Counted from the first letter of the stretch, positions 38,829-49,633 are shown. The stretch is 62,579 nucleotides of DNA from an uncultured Acholeplasmatales bacterium (GCA_927433595.1 CAKMJY010000001.1:1-62579), one strand, 5' to 3'. Program-made: numbers and translations. The notes: generated by a model not told the origin, from the sequence alone.

Positions 38829-40642
38829 GTAATGTCGTAGATTACACAAAGAAAATTCTAGAAGTCAAAAACCTAAAACAACACTTTAAAGTGGGTTTCG
38901 GTAAAAACAAACTAACAGTCAGAGCAGTGGATGACATTAGTTTTAACGTATACAAAAAGGAAGTATTTGGACTAGTTGGCGAATCTGGTTGTGGTAAAAC
39001 AACAACCGGTAGAACCATTATGAGATTATATAAGCCGACAAATGGTGAAGTCATTTTGGAAGGCGATACGATTGGCTCAGGTAGTGGTGATTTGGTTCAC
39101 GCTTTAAAGACAAACAAAAAAGCACACCAGTTAGCGTTATTAAAGTTGAACCAATATAAGTATGAAAAGTACTTAATTCATGAATCATATAATCAAAAGA
39201 TCAGTGAAATCAAACAAGAAATTGATGCTTTACATCAAGCTTATAAGGCAGAAAAAGATGTCATTGAAGTTACACTCATAGACTACAAAAAAGCAGTTTA
39301 TGATGAAAACAAAGCACATGAAGTCAAATTAGATCGCTTGTTATTTCAATATCAAATTGAAAAAGACTCGCTACTAAAAAGAACTGAGAATCAAGCCACA
39401 ATAGAGTATGAGATGCTTCTAAAAGGCTTAGATAAAACCCTTAAGAAGAAATTACAAGGGATTAAAGAGAGTGCAGCGTTATCAAAAGAAGCGAAGGCGA
39501 AACATAAACATGATATCATTGAAGGTTTCAATGCTAAAAAGATTGCAATCGAGACTGAAATGAAACCAAAGATGGAAGATGCAAGTCATCATATTTTGTC
39601 AAAAGCAGATTACAAGAAGTTGCACAAAGACATTAAGGCAACTTACTTGAGTGAAAAAGCAGTATTGCAAAAAGCTCACCAAAGTGTCATAAGTCAAATC
39701 TCAAAACCTGACTATGTTACACTTAAGAAACGCGTTTCTGAACTGAAAGCAAAAAACACTGAGCAGATTAACAACCTTAAGCTTCAAATATCGAAGCTAA
39801 ATCAAGAAAAAAAAGCAGCATTAAAACAAGTTAATGCCCCACACATGGTTGACCAACAGTTGAAAGCAGAGTTGGTTAGAGCTTATCAAGAAGAACGCAA
39901 GGAACTAATCAACCAAATTAATATTTCTAAACAAACTCAAAAGTCACGTGCAGCAGAAACAAATGCAAAGAAAATGCAAATGATCTTCCAAGATCCAATC
40001 TCTAGCTTAAATCCACGTATGACGGTGTTAGAAGTGGTATCAGAAGGTTTAGTGATTGCCGGTGAGAGAGATAAAAAAGTCATTCATGAAAAGGTAGTTG
40101 AAACGCTTAAACTAGTTGGACTTGCGCCAGAGTACATTTCAAGATATCCACATGAATTCTCAGGTGGACAAAGACAAAGAATTGGTATTGCTAGAGCGTT
40201 GATTATGAATCCAAGTATCATCATCGCGGATGAACCAATCAGTGCACTTGACGTATCCATTAAAGCCCAAGTCATCAACTTACTATCTGATTTAAAAGAT
40301 CAATTAGACTTAACCATCATGTTTATCGCGCATGACTTATCGGTGGTTAAATTCTTCTGCGATAGAATTGCTGTCATGTATTTTGGTAAAATCGTTGAAC
40401 TCGCAACATCTGAAGAGTTATTTAAAAATCCATTACATGAGTATACTAGATCACTTTTATCTGCTATTCCACAACCTGACCCAGACTATGAGAAAAAAAG
40501 AGAACGTATTTCATATTCTCCAAAAATCCATGATTATCGCACAGATAAACCATCATTTGTCGAAATCACTGAAGGGCACTTTGTGTATGCCAATGAAAAA
40601 GAAGTCATAGAAATGAAAAAGAAATTAGGTATCATATCATGA
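38825..40642 (+). CDS. oppF: Oligopeptide ABC ATPase with long coiled-coil insertion
   Basis: Walker A and QMIFQDP are separated by roughly 300 aa of K/E-rich helix. Confidence 0.92.
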   Translation: MSNVVDYTKKILEVKNLKQHFKVGFGKNKLTVRAVDDISFNVYKKEVFGLVGESGCGKTTTGRTIMRLYKPTNGEVILEGDTIGSGSGDLVHALKTNKKAHQLALLKLNQYKYEKYLIHESYNQKISEIKQEIDALHQAYKAEKDVIEVTLIDYKKAVYDENKAHEVKLDRLLFQYQIEKDSLLKRTENQATIEYEMLLKGLDKTLKKKLQGIKESAALSKEAKAKHKHDIIEGFNAKKIAIETEMKPKMEDASHHILSKADYKKLHKDIKATYLSEKAVLQKAHQSVISQISKPDYVTLKKRVSELKAKNTEQINNLKLQISKLNQEKKAALKQVNAPHMVDQQLKAELVRAYQEERKELINQINISKQTQKSRAAETNAKKMQMIFQDPISSLNPRMTVLEVVSEGLVIAGERDKKVIHEKVVETLKLVGLAPEYISRYPHEFSGGQRQRIGIARALIMNPSIIIADEPISALDVSIKAQVINLLSDLKDQLDLTIMFIAHDLSVVKFFCDRIAVMYFGKIVELATSEELFKNPLHEYTRSLLSAIPQPDPDYEKKRERISYSPKIHDYRTDKPSFVEITEGHFVYANEKEVIEMKKKLGIIS

Positions 40643-41484
40643 TGACAACTAAAAAAACAATCACATTAGTCATGATGTTTCTATTTTCAATTGCACTGTT
40701 CGGGTGTCAAGATAAAAGAACATCTAACGACGCCTTGACCGTGATATTTTATACAGCTGCAGGCACAACTGCAGTAACACCAACGACCATTCCATCGATT
40801 ACAGATTTTCCAAAAGGCAATTTGATTGATAGACCAGAAGACCCAACTGCAGCAGGCCTACAGTTTGAAGGTTGGTACAAAGATAAATTGACAACTACAC
40901 CTTGGGTATTTGAGACCGATGTGGTGAATTCATCCACTGTGATTTATGCAAAATGGTCTTACCTAGATTTAAATATTGCCTATGTTTTTGATGAAGCAGG
41001 TGGTAACTTTATCGATGACCCAGTCACTGTATTTACCATAGAAGATGCGTTTATCTTGCCTAAAGCAGATCGATTGGGCAGCTTGTTCATCGGTTGGATT
41101 CTAAAACCGGTTGACGAGTACCAGGTTGGTGATCCAATCATCAAGTCTACTCAAAACTTTAGTACAGATGTAACGTTATACGCTCTATTCGAGAATAAGG
41201 AATATACAGTTAGATTTAGATCACTATTAAATGGGGTTGCAAACCCAACGATTTACACCGTTGAGTTCGCTTCTGATATCTTATTCCCTGTTTTACAAGA
41301 TACAGCAACAAAACGTTTTGTCGGCTGGTTCTCATTAGATGGGACACTAACCAATGATTGGGGATTCCAATACATAAATGGTGAGGTATTCCTAGGTAAA
41401 GCAGACAGTTTCAACGAAGAAACACAAGAATGGAACTTTATACCACAGGGCATCACAGTCTATGCAAAATGGGAAGATAAATAA
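40639..41484 (+). CDS. Lipoprotein made of InlB B-type repeats
   Basis: Lipobox LFGC; repeated F.GW...YAKW units. Confidence 0.85.
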   Translation: MMTTKKTITLVMMFLFSIALFGCQDKRTSNDALTVIFYTAAGTTAVTPTTIPSITDFPKGNLIDRPEDPTAAGLQFEGWYKDKLTTTPWVFETDVVNSSTVIYAKWSYLDLNIAYVFDEAGGNFIDDPVTVFTIEDAFILPKADRLGSLFIGWILKPVDEYQVGDPIIKSTQNFSTDVTLYALFENKEYTVRFRSLLNGVANPTIYTVEFASDILFPVLQDTATKRFVGWFSLDGTLTNDWGFQYINGEVFLGKADSFNEETQEWNFIPQGITVYAKWEDK

Positions 41485-42208
41485 TCAAACGCTTTACAGT
41501 CGAAAGAAACTCATCCATTTAGGTATTTTGTGGGCTACTTTAATTGGCGTTGTGGCATTAAATATGCTTTTATACCTATTTGATATCACGGCATGGTTAC
41601 GATACACGGTCATGTTTATATCTTTAATCGGTATGGTCATTGTCTTAATAGTAGAAAAAACACGGATCGCGTATTTTGATATGGAACATCGATATCATTT
41701 GTTGTTAAGTAAGCAAGTAGGCGTCACTAAGACCAACTGTCAGTTTGATTCAAATTGGCTAAGAAAACTAACCGAGCTTGGGTTCACTTTAGCCTCAAGT
41801 AATCCTCAGTTTTCAGTTTACTACAGACTAACCAAACGCTTATCTAAACGCACACTGATGAAATCCGGCTTACTAGAATTTGTCACAATTATTCATCAAA
41901 ATGAATTTGATTTCTACCATGAAAAATTGGACAAGGTTTATCAAAAAGTGTGGGAACAAAACCAAAAGACTAGCAAATTGAATAAGCAAATTAGCATTCA
42001 ATTTAAGAAATACGATCAATTATCGACTGAAGTCATAAAAGATTTGACAAAAATCATTGCCTATAAAGAAGGCGACAACTATTTGATTAATATCAACTGC
42101 GGATTTGAACCTAATGGCAGAAAGCTTTATTACTTACATGCAGAACATTATGCGCCAAATCAATACTATCAATACACAGTTGATCTCATTCAACAAATAA
42201 CGACATAA
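41462..42208 (+). CDS. Hypothetical membrane protein
   Basis: Two N-terminal TM segments. Confidence 0.75.
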   Translation: MQNGKINNQTLYSRKKLIHLGILWATLIGVVALNMLLYLFDITAWLRYTVMFISLIGMVIVLIVEKTRIAYFDMEHRYHLLLSKQVGVTKTNCQFDSNWLRKLTELGFTLASSNPQFSVYYRLTKRLSKRTLMKSGLLEFVTIIHQNEFDFYHEKLDKVYQKVWEQNQKTSKLNKQISIQFKKYDQLSTEVIKDLTKIIAYKEGDNYLININCGFEPNGRKLYYLHAEHYAPNQYYQYTVDLIQQITT

Positions 42209-42209
42209 T

Positions 42210-42241
42210 AAAACGCCTGATGTTTATAGCATCAGGCGTTT
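42210..42241. terminator. Bidirectional terminator
   Basis: AAACGCCTGATG-tttatag-CATCAGGCGTTT. Confidence 0.85.
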
Positions 42242-42252
42242 CTTATTTTTGA

Positions 42253-42666
42253 TTATAACATCATGTGTAAAAGGATGGCAACTACTGTATTTAGTAATGC
42301 GCTATAAAATGTCACACGCATGTATATTTTTGGAATCGGATTATCCAATCTATCTTGAGTATAGGCATAATAGTCTTGTTCAGGTCTCTTGCCTGCAAAC
42401 ATCAAGAAAAATGTCTTAATGCCATAAACAAACGGAGCTAAGATGTTCATATTCGTCATCAAAATCATCCAACCTACCATGAAAAACATGAAAGCTGAAA
42501 AATAAAAGGCATTTGTATAGGCCATCAGTGTGGTTAAATCTTGCCAGAATATGGCGAACCAGACAAAGAATATGGAAGACAAGATGGGGATAACAATCGA
42601 TAATGCCAGAACACGTGTTTGTTCCTTTTTAGCAGCTTTTTTTAATTCAGTCTCTTTTTGATTCAT
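42253..42666 (-). CDS. DUF3899-like membrane protein
   Basis: Three TM segments; own promoter TTGACA-17-TAAAAT at 42693..42721. Confidence 0.7.
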   Translation of the reverse strand: MNQKETELKKAAKKEQTRVLALSIVIPILSSIFFVWFAIFWQDLTTLMAYTNAFYFSAFMFFMVGWMILMTNMNILAPFVYGIKTFFLMFAGKRPEQDYYAYTQDRLDNPIPKIYMRVTFYSALLNTVVAILLHMML

Positions 42667-42725
42667 ATAATCAGTCCTTTACCGTACATATTATTTTAAC
42701 CAAACTATGACGTTATGTCAAATAG

Positions 42726-42920
42726 AAAAAAAACCACAATGATTTGTGGTTTTTTGAATAAAAATAGGGAGTCACCGTTTTTCAGATGTTTTGTCTTTGA
42801 GGATGGCATTTCAAAAACAAAACATCATGATGCGTGGTGCTACGCTTAGGTATTTTTTTGGGAGAAAAAATACGTAAATGGTCAGAAAGATTATCATAAA
42901 AGGATATATACCTCACTGAC
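42726..42920 (-). ncRNA. Putative ~195-nt multi-hairpin sRNA with C-rich loops
   Basis: TATAAT at 42927..42932, four hairpins, intrinsic terminator at 42726..42755. Confidence 0.65.
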
Positions 42921-42956
42921 ACTTTCATTATATACAAAGTAATATGCCCTTTAAAA

Positions 42957-42992
42957 TGAAAATGCTTTTATTTTCATCTGAAAACGATTACC
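42957..42992. promoter_or_regulatory. Two cre-like sites between the sRNA and suf promoters
   Basis: TGAAAATGCTTTTA and TGAAAACGATTACC. Confidence 0.45.
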
Positions 42993-43113
42993 ACATTTTT
43001 ACACATAATTTGGCAAGTCATCTAAATTATAAATATTATTATAAATAGGTCATATTATTAGATATAATAGAGATAATACGTTATAATACATATGGAAATA
43101 AGGAGGACTAATT

Positions 43114-43887
43114 ATGTCAACATTATCAATTAGCAATTTAAAAGTATCTATCGAAGATAAAGAAATCCTAAAAGGTGTTAACTTAGTCGTTAAGAGTGGC
43201 GAAGTTCACGCAATTATGGGTCCAAATGGTACAGGTAAATCCACCCTAGCGAGTGCGCTTATGGGTCATCCTAAATATGAAGTAACAGAAGGTGAAGTAT
43301 CACTAGATGGTGAAGACTTACTAGCCTTAGAAGTAGACGAACGTGCAAGAGCAGGTATATTCTTAGCGATGCAATACCCTGCTGAAGTACCTGGCGTTAC
43401 AAATAGCGATTTTATGCGTTCTGCATTAAAAGCTAAAAATGAAGGCACACAAATACCTTTATTTGAATTCATTGGCAAGTATGAAAAAGCAGCCAAAGAA
43501 TTAAAAATGAGAGAAGATTTACCACACAGATACCTAAATGAAGGTTTCTCAGGTGGTGAAAAGAAACGCAATGAAATATTACAACTTAAGATGTTAAAGC
43601 CTAAGTTTGCCGTATTAGATGAAATTGACTCAGGTCTTGACATTGATGCTTTAAAAGTCGTTGGTGAAAACGTCAACGATATGGTTAATAAGGATTTTGG
43701 TTGTATCTTAATTACGCACTACCAAAGAATTTTAGACTACATTAAGCCAACCTTTGTTCACATCATGATTGATGGCAAAATTGTATTAACTGGTGGTCAA
43801 GAATTAATCGAGAAAATCGATCAAAATGGTTATGAATGGGTTAGGGAAGAATTGGGTATTGATTTCGTAGAAACGGAACAAGCATAA
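43114..43887 (+). CDS. sufC: Fe-S assembly ATPase
   Basis: GPNGTGKS, NEGFSGGEKKRNE, DEIDSGLD. Confidence 0.97.
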   Translation: MSTLSISNLKVSIEDKEILKGVNLVVKSGEVHAIMGPNGTGKSTLASALMGHPKYEVTEGEVSLDGEDLLALEVDERARAGIFLAMQYPAEVPGVTNSDFMRSALKAKNEGTQIPLFEFIGKYEKAAKELKMREDLPHRYLNEGFSGGEKKRNEILQLKMLKPKFAVLDEIDSGLDIDALKVVGENVNDMVNKDFGCILITHYQRILDYIKPTFVHIMIDGKIVLTGGQELIEKIDQNGYEWVREELGIDFVETEQA

Positions 43888-44762
43888 TGAATTCACTTGT
43901 AATTAAAGACCATAGCATCTCAGGTAACTTGCCTGAGGGCATTACCTTTAGCGATCAAACGTTAAAGATTGCAAAAAACAAGTATTTCGAAGACCCAATC
44001 AAAATTACCCTAAAAGACGACAACAATGAATCACTTGAAATCATCGTTGGTGAATCAAGTGAAGTAAAAATCATCCTTGAAATTGCAAGTGCTGATTTTG
44101 AAAAAAACGTATACGATTTAAAGTTAACTGCAAAACAAAATTCTAAAGTGAAATACTTACTGGTTTGTGACTTAGCAAGTAAAGATGCCATATTAAATCA
44201 TTATTTTACTGCAGAACGCGATGCCAATATGGACTTAATCGGTGGCTTTGTAAGTAATGTCATTACCGCAAAAATGAATGCGAAACTAATCGGTGAAGGT
44301 GCTAACGTTAACTTAAGAGCTGTTGGTATCAGTTCAAAAGACAACAAGCAAACCATCGACATTGAAATTGTTCATGCCGCACCAAATTCAACTGGTATGA
44401 TGCATAATATCGCGATTGCAAATGCGAATGGTAAAGTTGTATTAAACGGCGTTGAAAAGATCTTAAAAGGCATGAAGAATGCCAATGCATATCAAAGTTT
44501 AAAAGGTATTATCGCATCTGATGAAGCCATCATCGAAGTTAATCCTATTTTATTGATTGATGAATATGATGTCAAAGCTGGCCATGGTGCAACCATCGGT
44601 AAATTAGATGAAAATAGCCTTTATTACTTAATGTCTAGAGGCCTAGATAAGAAAGTAGCAGAACGCCTTATGATCAATGGATTCTTAAATCCAATCATCA
44701 GTGAAATTGATGATGAACCATTAAGAGAACGTTTCGTTGAACTCGTAAATCAACGCTTATAA
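43887..44762 (+). CDS. sufD: Fe-S assembly protein (short SufD)
   Basis: PILLIDEYDVKAGHGAT...YLMSRG. Confidence 0.9.
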   Translation: MNSLVIKDHSISGNLPEGITFSDQTLKIAKNKYFEDPIKITLKDDNNESLEIIVGESSEVKIILEIASADFEKNVYDLKLTAKQNSKVKYLLVCDLASKDAILNHYFTAERDANMDLIGGFVSNVITAKMNAKLIGEGANVNLRAVGISSKDNKQTIDIEIVHAAPNSTGMMHNIAIANANGKVVLNGVEKILKGMKNANAYQSLKGIIASDEAIIEVNPILLIDEYDVKAGHGATIGKLDENSLYYLMSRGLDKKVAERLMINGFLNPIISEIDDEPLRERFVELVNQRL

Positions 44763-45970
44763 TGATGATAGATGTCAAAAAGATTCGTCAACAATTCCCA
44801 ATATACGATGCTAACCCTGATTTAGTTTATCTAGATACAGCTGCATCCAGCCTGAAACCTAAAGCCGTGATTGATGTGGTAGACCATTACTACTCAAAAC
44901 TTGGTGTAAACGTTCATAGAGGTGTTTACGGCTTATCTTATGATGCAACTGACCTATATGAAGCAGCCAGAACGACGGTAGCTAAATTTTTAAACGCTAA
45001 GTTTGAAGAAATCGTATTTACAAGAGGCACAACCTCAGCCCTTAACTTGGTTGCATCTAGTTACCTTGAGAAACTCAAACCTGGCGATGAAATCATCACC
45101 AGTGAATTGGAACATCACTCTAGTATGTTGCCTTGGCTACAAGTCGCTAAAAAGACAGGTGCAGTATTAAAATATGTTGAACTCGATCAACAGGGTAGAA
45201 TTACCGTTGAAGCCTTTAAGGCAGTGTTAAGTGATCAAACCAAAGTGGTTGCACTTACCTATGTATCCAACGTCATGGGCTATATTACACCCGTAAAAAC
45301 AATCATTGATTTAGCACATGAAAAAGGTGCAGTGGTCATCTTGGATGCAGCGCAAGCAGCCCCACATTTAGCCATTGATGTAACGGCACTTAATGTCGAT
45401 TTCCTAGCATTCTCTGGCCATAAAATATGTGGTCCTACCGGTATCGGTGTGTTATACGGGAAAAGACACTTATTAAATCAAATGTCACCAATTGAATTTG
45501 GTGGCGATATGAATGTCACTGTAGATAAATTTGATGCGACTTGGAAAGAAGCACCATATCGATTTGAAGCAGGTACACCAATCATTGCTGGGGCAATCGG
45601 TCTAGCAAGAGCGATTGAATACATCAGTGAAATTGGATTTGACAGCATTCATGAACATGTATCAAAACTACATGCCTACGCACTTGCTAAATTAAAAGCA
45701 GTTGAAGGCATCGAAATCTATAATGAAACTGCAGAGACTGGCATCATTGCATTTAATGTCTTAGGTGTCCATCCTCATGATGCAGCAAGCATATTTGATC
45801 AAAACAAAGTATGTATCCGCGCAGGACATCATTGTGCACAATTGATCACAAAATGGTTAAAACAAATCGCAACACTTCGTGCAACTTTCTATATCTACAA
45901 TGATGAAAAAGATGCCGACTTGTTTGTCGAAAGCGTCAAAGAAGCTGTTCGTTTCTTTGGGGCATTTTAA
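44762..45970 (+). CDS. sufS: Cysteine desulfurase
   Basis: NVHRG, EHHS, SGHK, RAGHHCA. Confidence 0.96.
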   Translation: MMIDVKKIRQQFPIYDANPDLVYLDTAASSLKPKAVIDVVDHYYSKLGVNVHRGVYGLSYDATDLYEAARTTVAKFLNAKFEEIVFTRGTTSALNLVASSYLEKLKPGDEIITSELEHHSSMLPWLQVAKKTGAVLKYVELDQQGRITVEAFKAVLSDQTKVVALTYVSNVMGYITPVKTIIDLAHEKGAVVILDAAQAAPHLAIDVTALNVDFLAFSGHKICGPTGIGVLYGKRHLLNQMSPIEFGGDMNVTVDKFDATWKEAPYRFEAGTPIIAGAIGLARAIEYISEIGFDSIHEHVSKLHAYALAKLKAVEGIEIYNETAETGIIAFNVLGVHPHDAASIFDQNKVCIRAGHHCAQLITKWLKQIATLRATFYIYNDEKDADLFVESVKEAVRFFGAF

Positions 45971-45981
45971 GGAGATTTTTT

Positions 45982-46419
45982 ATGGGTAATTTAGAACATT
46001 TATATCGTCAAGTTATTATGGATCACTATAAGAGTCCATTTAACAAAGGTCTTGTAGCAGACCCAACTTATTTTACAGTAAATCTACACAATCCAAGTTG
46101 CGGAGATGATATGACTGTTCAAATAAAAGAGTCAAATGGTATTGTAACAGATATTAGACATGAAGGTACTGGTTGTAGTATTTGTTGTTCAAGTGCAAGT
46201 GTGATGAGTATTACACTTAAAAACAAAACTAAACAACAGGCACTAGATATCATACATGACTATTATCACATGTTAACCAACGAACCATACGACCAGACCA
46301 TTCTAAATGGCGATGCCCTAGCTTACCATGGGGTAGCACAATTTCCAGCTAGAATTAAGTGTGCTACACTTGCTTGGAAAGCAACTGAACAAGCATTACT
46401 AGCGAACAAGGAGGAGTAA
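45982..46419 (+). CDS. sufU: SUF sulfurtransferase
   Basis: NPSCGD, GCSI, RIKCATL. Confidence 0.95.
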   Translation: MGNLEHLYRQVIMDHYKSPFNKGLVADPTYFTVNLHNPSCGDDMTVQIKESNGIVTDIRHEGTGCSICCSSASVMSITLKNKTKQQALDIIHDYYHMLTNEPYDQTILNGDALAYHGVAQFPARIKCATLAWKATEQALLANKEE

Positions 46420-46423
46420 AAAA

Positions 46424-47833
46424 ATGGATGAAAATAAGAAGAAAATAGATGCCATCATTGGTGACTACAAATTCGGATTTACAACAGAAAATACACCAGT
46501 CATTAGAACTGGTAAAGGTCTTACTGAAGATGTAGTTCGTGCCATTAGTGAATATAAGAAAGAACCAACATGGATGTTAGATTTCAGACTAAAGAGCTAT
46601 CAAAAGTTCTTAGATCTCAAAAACCCTAAATGGGGTCCTGATCTATCTGGGATTGACTTCAATGAATTTACATACTTCATTAGAGCATCTGAAAAATCAG
46701 AAAATAACTGGGATGATGTCCCACAAGGCATTAAAGACACATTTGAAAAACTAGGGATTCCTGAAGCGGAAAGAAAGTTCTTAGCAGGGGTTTCAACACA
46801 GTTTGAAAGTGAAGTGGTTTACCACTCCACCATGGCTGAATTAGACGAACTTGGTGTCATATTCACAGATACAGATACAGCATTAAGAGAACACCCTGAA
46901 TTAGTTAAAAAGTTCTTCGGGACAGTGATTCCTTATGCAGATAATAAATATGCCGCATTAAACAGTGCTGTTTGGAGTGGTGGATCGTTCATCTACATTC
47001 CTAAAGGTGTCAAAGTAACCAAGCCACTTCAATCCTATTTCAGAATTAACTCTGAACAAATGGGTCAGTTTGAAAGAACCTTAATCCTAGTCGATGAAGG
47101 CGCAAGCGTTAACTATGTAGAAGGCTGTACAGCGCCTGTTTACACCAAAGACTCACTACATGCAGCGATTGTTGAAATCGTGGTTATGAAGGGTGCGACT
47201 TGCCGTTACACAACCGTCCAAAACTGGGCTAATAACGTCATTAACCTAGTCACTAAACGTGCATTTGTATATGAAGATGCACACATGGAATGGATCGATG
47301 GTAACATTGGTTCAAACGTCAATATGAAATACCCATCTTGTGTTTTACTTGGTGAAAGAGCGAAAGGCACAACCATCTCAATCGCATTCGCTGGTAAAGG
47401 ACAAAATCAAGATACCGGTGCGAAGATGATTCACGTTGCACCTAATACAACCTCATCCATCATCTCGAAATCTATTTCAAGAGGTGGCGGTACGGTTAAC
47501 TACCGTGGTAAGGTAGACTTTGGTAGAAAAGCCAAAGGTGCGAAAGCACATGTTGAATGTGATACCATCATTTTAGATGACTACTCATTCTCAGATACGA
47601 TTCCAACTAACATCGTTAGAAACAGTGATGTATCCTTAGAACATGAAGCAACCGTTTCTAAGATTTCTGAAGATCAACTATTCTATCTAATGTCTAGAGG
47701 ATTAACGGAAGAAGAAGCGACTGAAATGATCGTTATGGGCTTCATCGAACCGTTTGCTAAAGAATTACCAATGGAATATGCAGTCGAACTTAACCAATTG
47801 ATTAAACTCGAAATGGAAGGTTCAATCGGATAA
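46424..47833 (+). CDS. sufB: Fe-S scaffold
   Basis: [25 protein letters not shown]. Confidence 0.97.
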   Translation: MDENKKKIDAIIGDYKFGFTTENTPVIRTGKGLTEDVVRAISEYKKEPTWMLDFRLKSYQKFLDLKNPKWGPDLSGIDFNEFTYFIRASEKSENNWDDVPQGIKDTFEKLGIPEAERKFLAGVSTQFESEVVYHSTMAELDELGVIFTDTDTALREHPELVKKFFGTVIPYADNKYAALNSAVWSGGSFIYIPKGVKVTKPLQSYFRINSEQMGQFERTLILVDEGASVNYVEGCTAPVYTKDSLHAAIVEIVVMKGATCRYTTVQNWANNVINLVTKRAFVYEDAHMEWIDGNIGSNVNMKYPSCVLLGERAKGTTISIAFAGKGQNQDTGAKMIHVAPNTTSSIISKSISRGGGTVNYRGKVDFGRKAKGAKAHVECDTIILDDYSFSDTIPTNIVRNSDVSLEHEATVSKISEDQLFYLMSRGLTEEEATEMIVMGFIEPFAKELPMEYAVELNQLIKLEMEGSIG

Positions 47834-47840
47834 AAAAAAT

Positions 47841-47869
47841 GAGCTCAGGCAATTTGCCCGAGCTCTTTT
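47841..47869. terminator. Terminator after suf operon
   Basis: GAGCTCAGGCAA/TTGCCCGAGCTC plus T-run. Confidence 0.75.
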
Positions 47870-48515
47870 ATTTAATCCAATAGATGAATTTGAATAGAAA
47901 TACAAATGAACTGAATGATAATACATATAAGCTGATTTTAAACCACTTATGGAATCGTCTTGAATACATTGTTTGATCTTCAATCGCATTTGCTTTTTTG
48001 CCTTTGATGCGTTGGATAATCTTATATTGTTCAAACCCATTTAAAGTAGCTACTTTATAAAAAACAACCGAAATCGCATAGAAGAACACGACCAATACCA
48101 CTCTAAATAAAGGTGAGATTAAGTTCTGTTCAGACACTGGAATCTCATGTCTTTCAAAGACACTTAGCTGGTCTAAGAACATATTATCTAGTACAAACTG
48201 GCCTCTACCACAGGTGCCATATATGTCACATTTATAAGTGACACTAGGGGCAACCGTGACATATACTTCTAACATACTCACATAGTAGATGTTGAAGTCA
48301 GGATTATTAGGGTCCACTAACAGTTTAGCCGAACCATAATCTTCAAATATAATTTCATCGCCGTCTTTACTTCTAAACGTATCTTTACGGAATGTTTCAT
48401 AGTAATTAACGCCTTCATAGGTACGGTATTCAATCGGACCTGAAGGTTCGACGACAATGAGCATTAAGATGAGCACAAATCCAATGATGGATGCTATAAA
48501 CGTGGATATTTTCAT
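47868..48515 (-). CDS. Hypothetical membrane protein
   Basis: Three hydrophobic segments. Confidence 0.72.
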   Translation of the reverse strand: MKISTFIASIIGFVLILMLIVVEPSGPIEYRTYEGVNYYETFRKDTFRSKDGDEIIFEDYGSAKLLVDPNNPDFNIYYVSMLEVYVTVAPSVTYKCDIYGTCGRGQFVLDNMFLDQLSVFERHEIPVSEQNLISPLFRVVLVVFFYAISVVFYKVATLNGFEQYKIIQRIKGKKANAIEDQTMYSRRFHKWFKISLYVLSFSSFVFLFKFIYWIK

Positions 48516-48518
48516 AAG

Positions 48519-49535
48519 TTACCTTTCTATATAGGTGATGCTACCCTTACCATCTTGGTAAGTAATTTTTGCGTAGGCACCACTTAATATCGTGAATGTT
48601 GGTGGCACATGGCCGAAGTCTGCATCCATGATGATGGGGATATTTAAGTCTTCAAATATATCTTTTGTCAGGTTATATTGGTCGATGTCGATGATCATTT
48701 CACCATTTAATGGTCTACCAAATATGATGCCTTTTAGATGTTTAAACCAACCTTTTTCTTTCAGTTGCCATAAACCTCTTTTGATCCCAAAGACATTTAA
48801 GTCACATGCTTCTAAAAACCAGATGATGCCATCTGCTTTATAGCGGTCGTTAAACGCGTCAACTTGATCATACTTTAACCCTGGATATAACATCAAAACA
48901 TCTAAACAACCACCAATTAACCTACCTTCAAATGATAAGACTGGTTCATGGTTTAATGATCTCCAAACGACTTTTTCAGTGAGTTGATAAGCTGCTAGCG
49001 GATCATCAGATGATGCAGTTTTAGCTTCATAAAGTGGGTAACTATGTTGTTGTTTTCTAATACCAGTTATGACCTCTAAAGCTTCAAATAGCGAGGTATC
49101 CCAATTGCTCATACCCATCTCAGTTAGGTTTTGGCCATAGATTGAAACGGAATCCAGTAAGGTATTCATTAAGAAGGTTAAGTTCGTATTATCTGAATAA
49201 CCCATGACAAATTTAGGTGGATAGGTTTTAAGTGTTTCAAAATCGATGAGTGGGATCATATCCATCATCCATTCACCACCACCGACACTCCAAATAAAAT
49301 CAACACATGGGTCTTTATAAAGTGATTCAAAGTCACTAGCACGACGTGCTTTAGTTGAGCTTGCGCCAAAATGATATTCAAATATTGCTTCGGTTTCCTT
49401 TATTTGAAAGCCCAATGATTTAAGCTTAGAAATAGCACTTTTAAGCCGTGTTAGATAGGGTTCTGTATTCGCACCAAAGCTTGGCGCAAATAATCCAATT
49501 GTGTCCCCTTTTTGTAAGAATTTAGGGTATTTCAT
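48519..49535 (-). CDS. S66 family peptidase (LD-carboxypeptidase/MccF-like)
   Basis: GDTIG..APS, GYSD, GGCL, FLE, DFGH motifs. Confidence 0.92.
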   Translation of the reverse strand: MKYPKFLQKGDTIGLFAPSFGANTEPYLTRLKSAISKLKSLGFQIKETEAIFEYHFGASSTKARRASDFESLYKDPCVDFIWSVGGGEWMMDMIPLIDFETLKTYPPKFVMGYSDNTNLTFLMNTLLDSVSIYGQNLTEMGMSNWDTSLFEALEVITGIRKQQHSYPLYEAKTASSDDPLAAYQLTEKVVWRSLNHEPVLSFEGRLIGGCLDVLMLYPGLKYDQVDAFNDRYKADGIIWFLEACDLNVFGIKRGLWQLKEKGWFKHLKGIIFGRPLNGEMIIDIDQYNLTKDIFEDLNIPIIMDADFGHVPPTFTILSGAYAKITYQDGKGSITYIER

Positions 49536-49633
49536 GTTATCACCACACTTATTATAACATAGTTATGAACTCGCGATTATAAATAATGTGAATAATGGGA
49601 GAGATGAGTTATAATAAATATGGTGATGCAGAT

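Noticed and set aside
42765-42915. Plus-strand CsrB/RsmZ-like RNA with GGA loops
   Set aside because: Promoter, terminator placement and G-U pairing all favour the minus strand.
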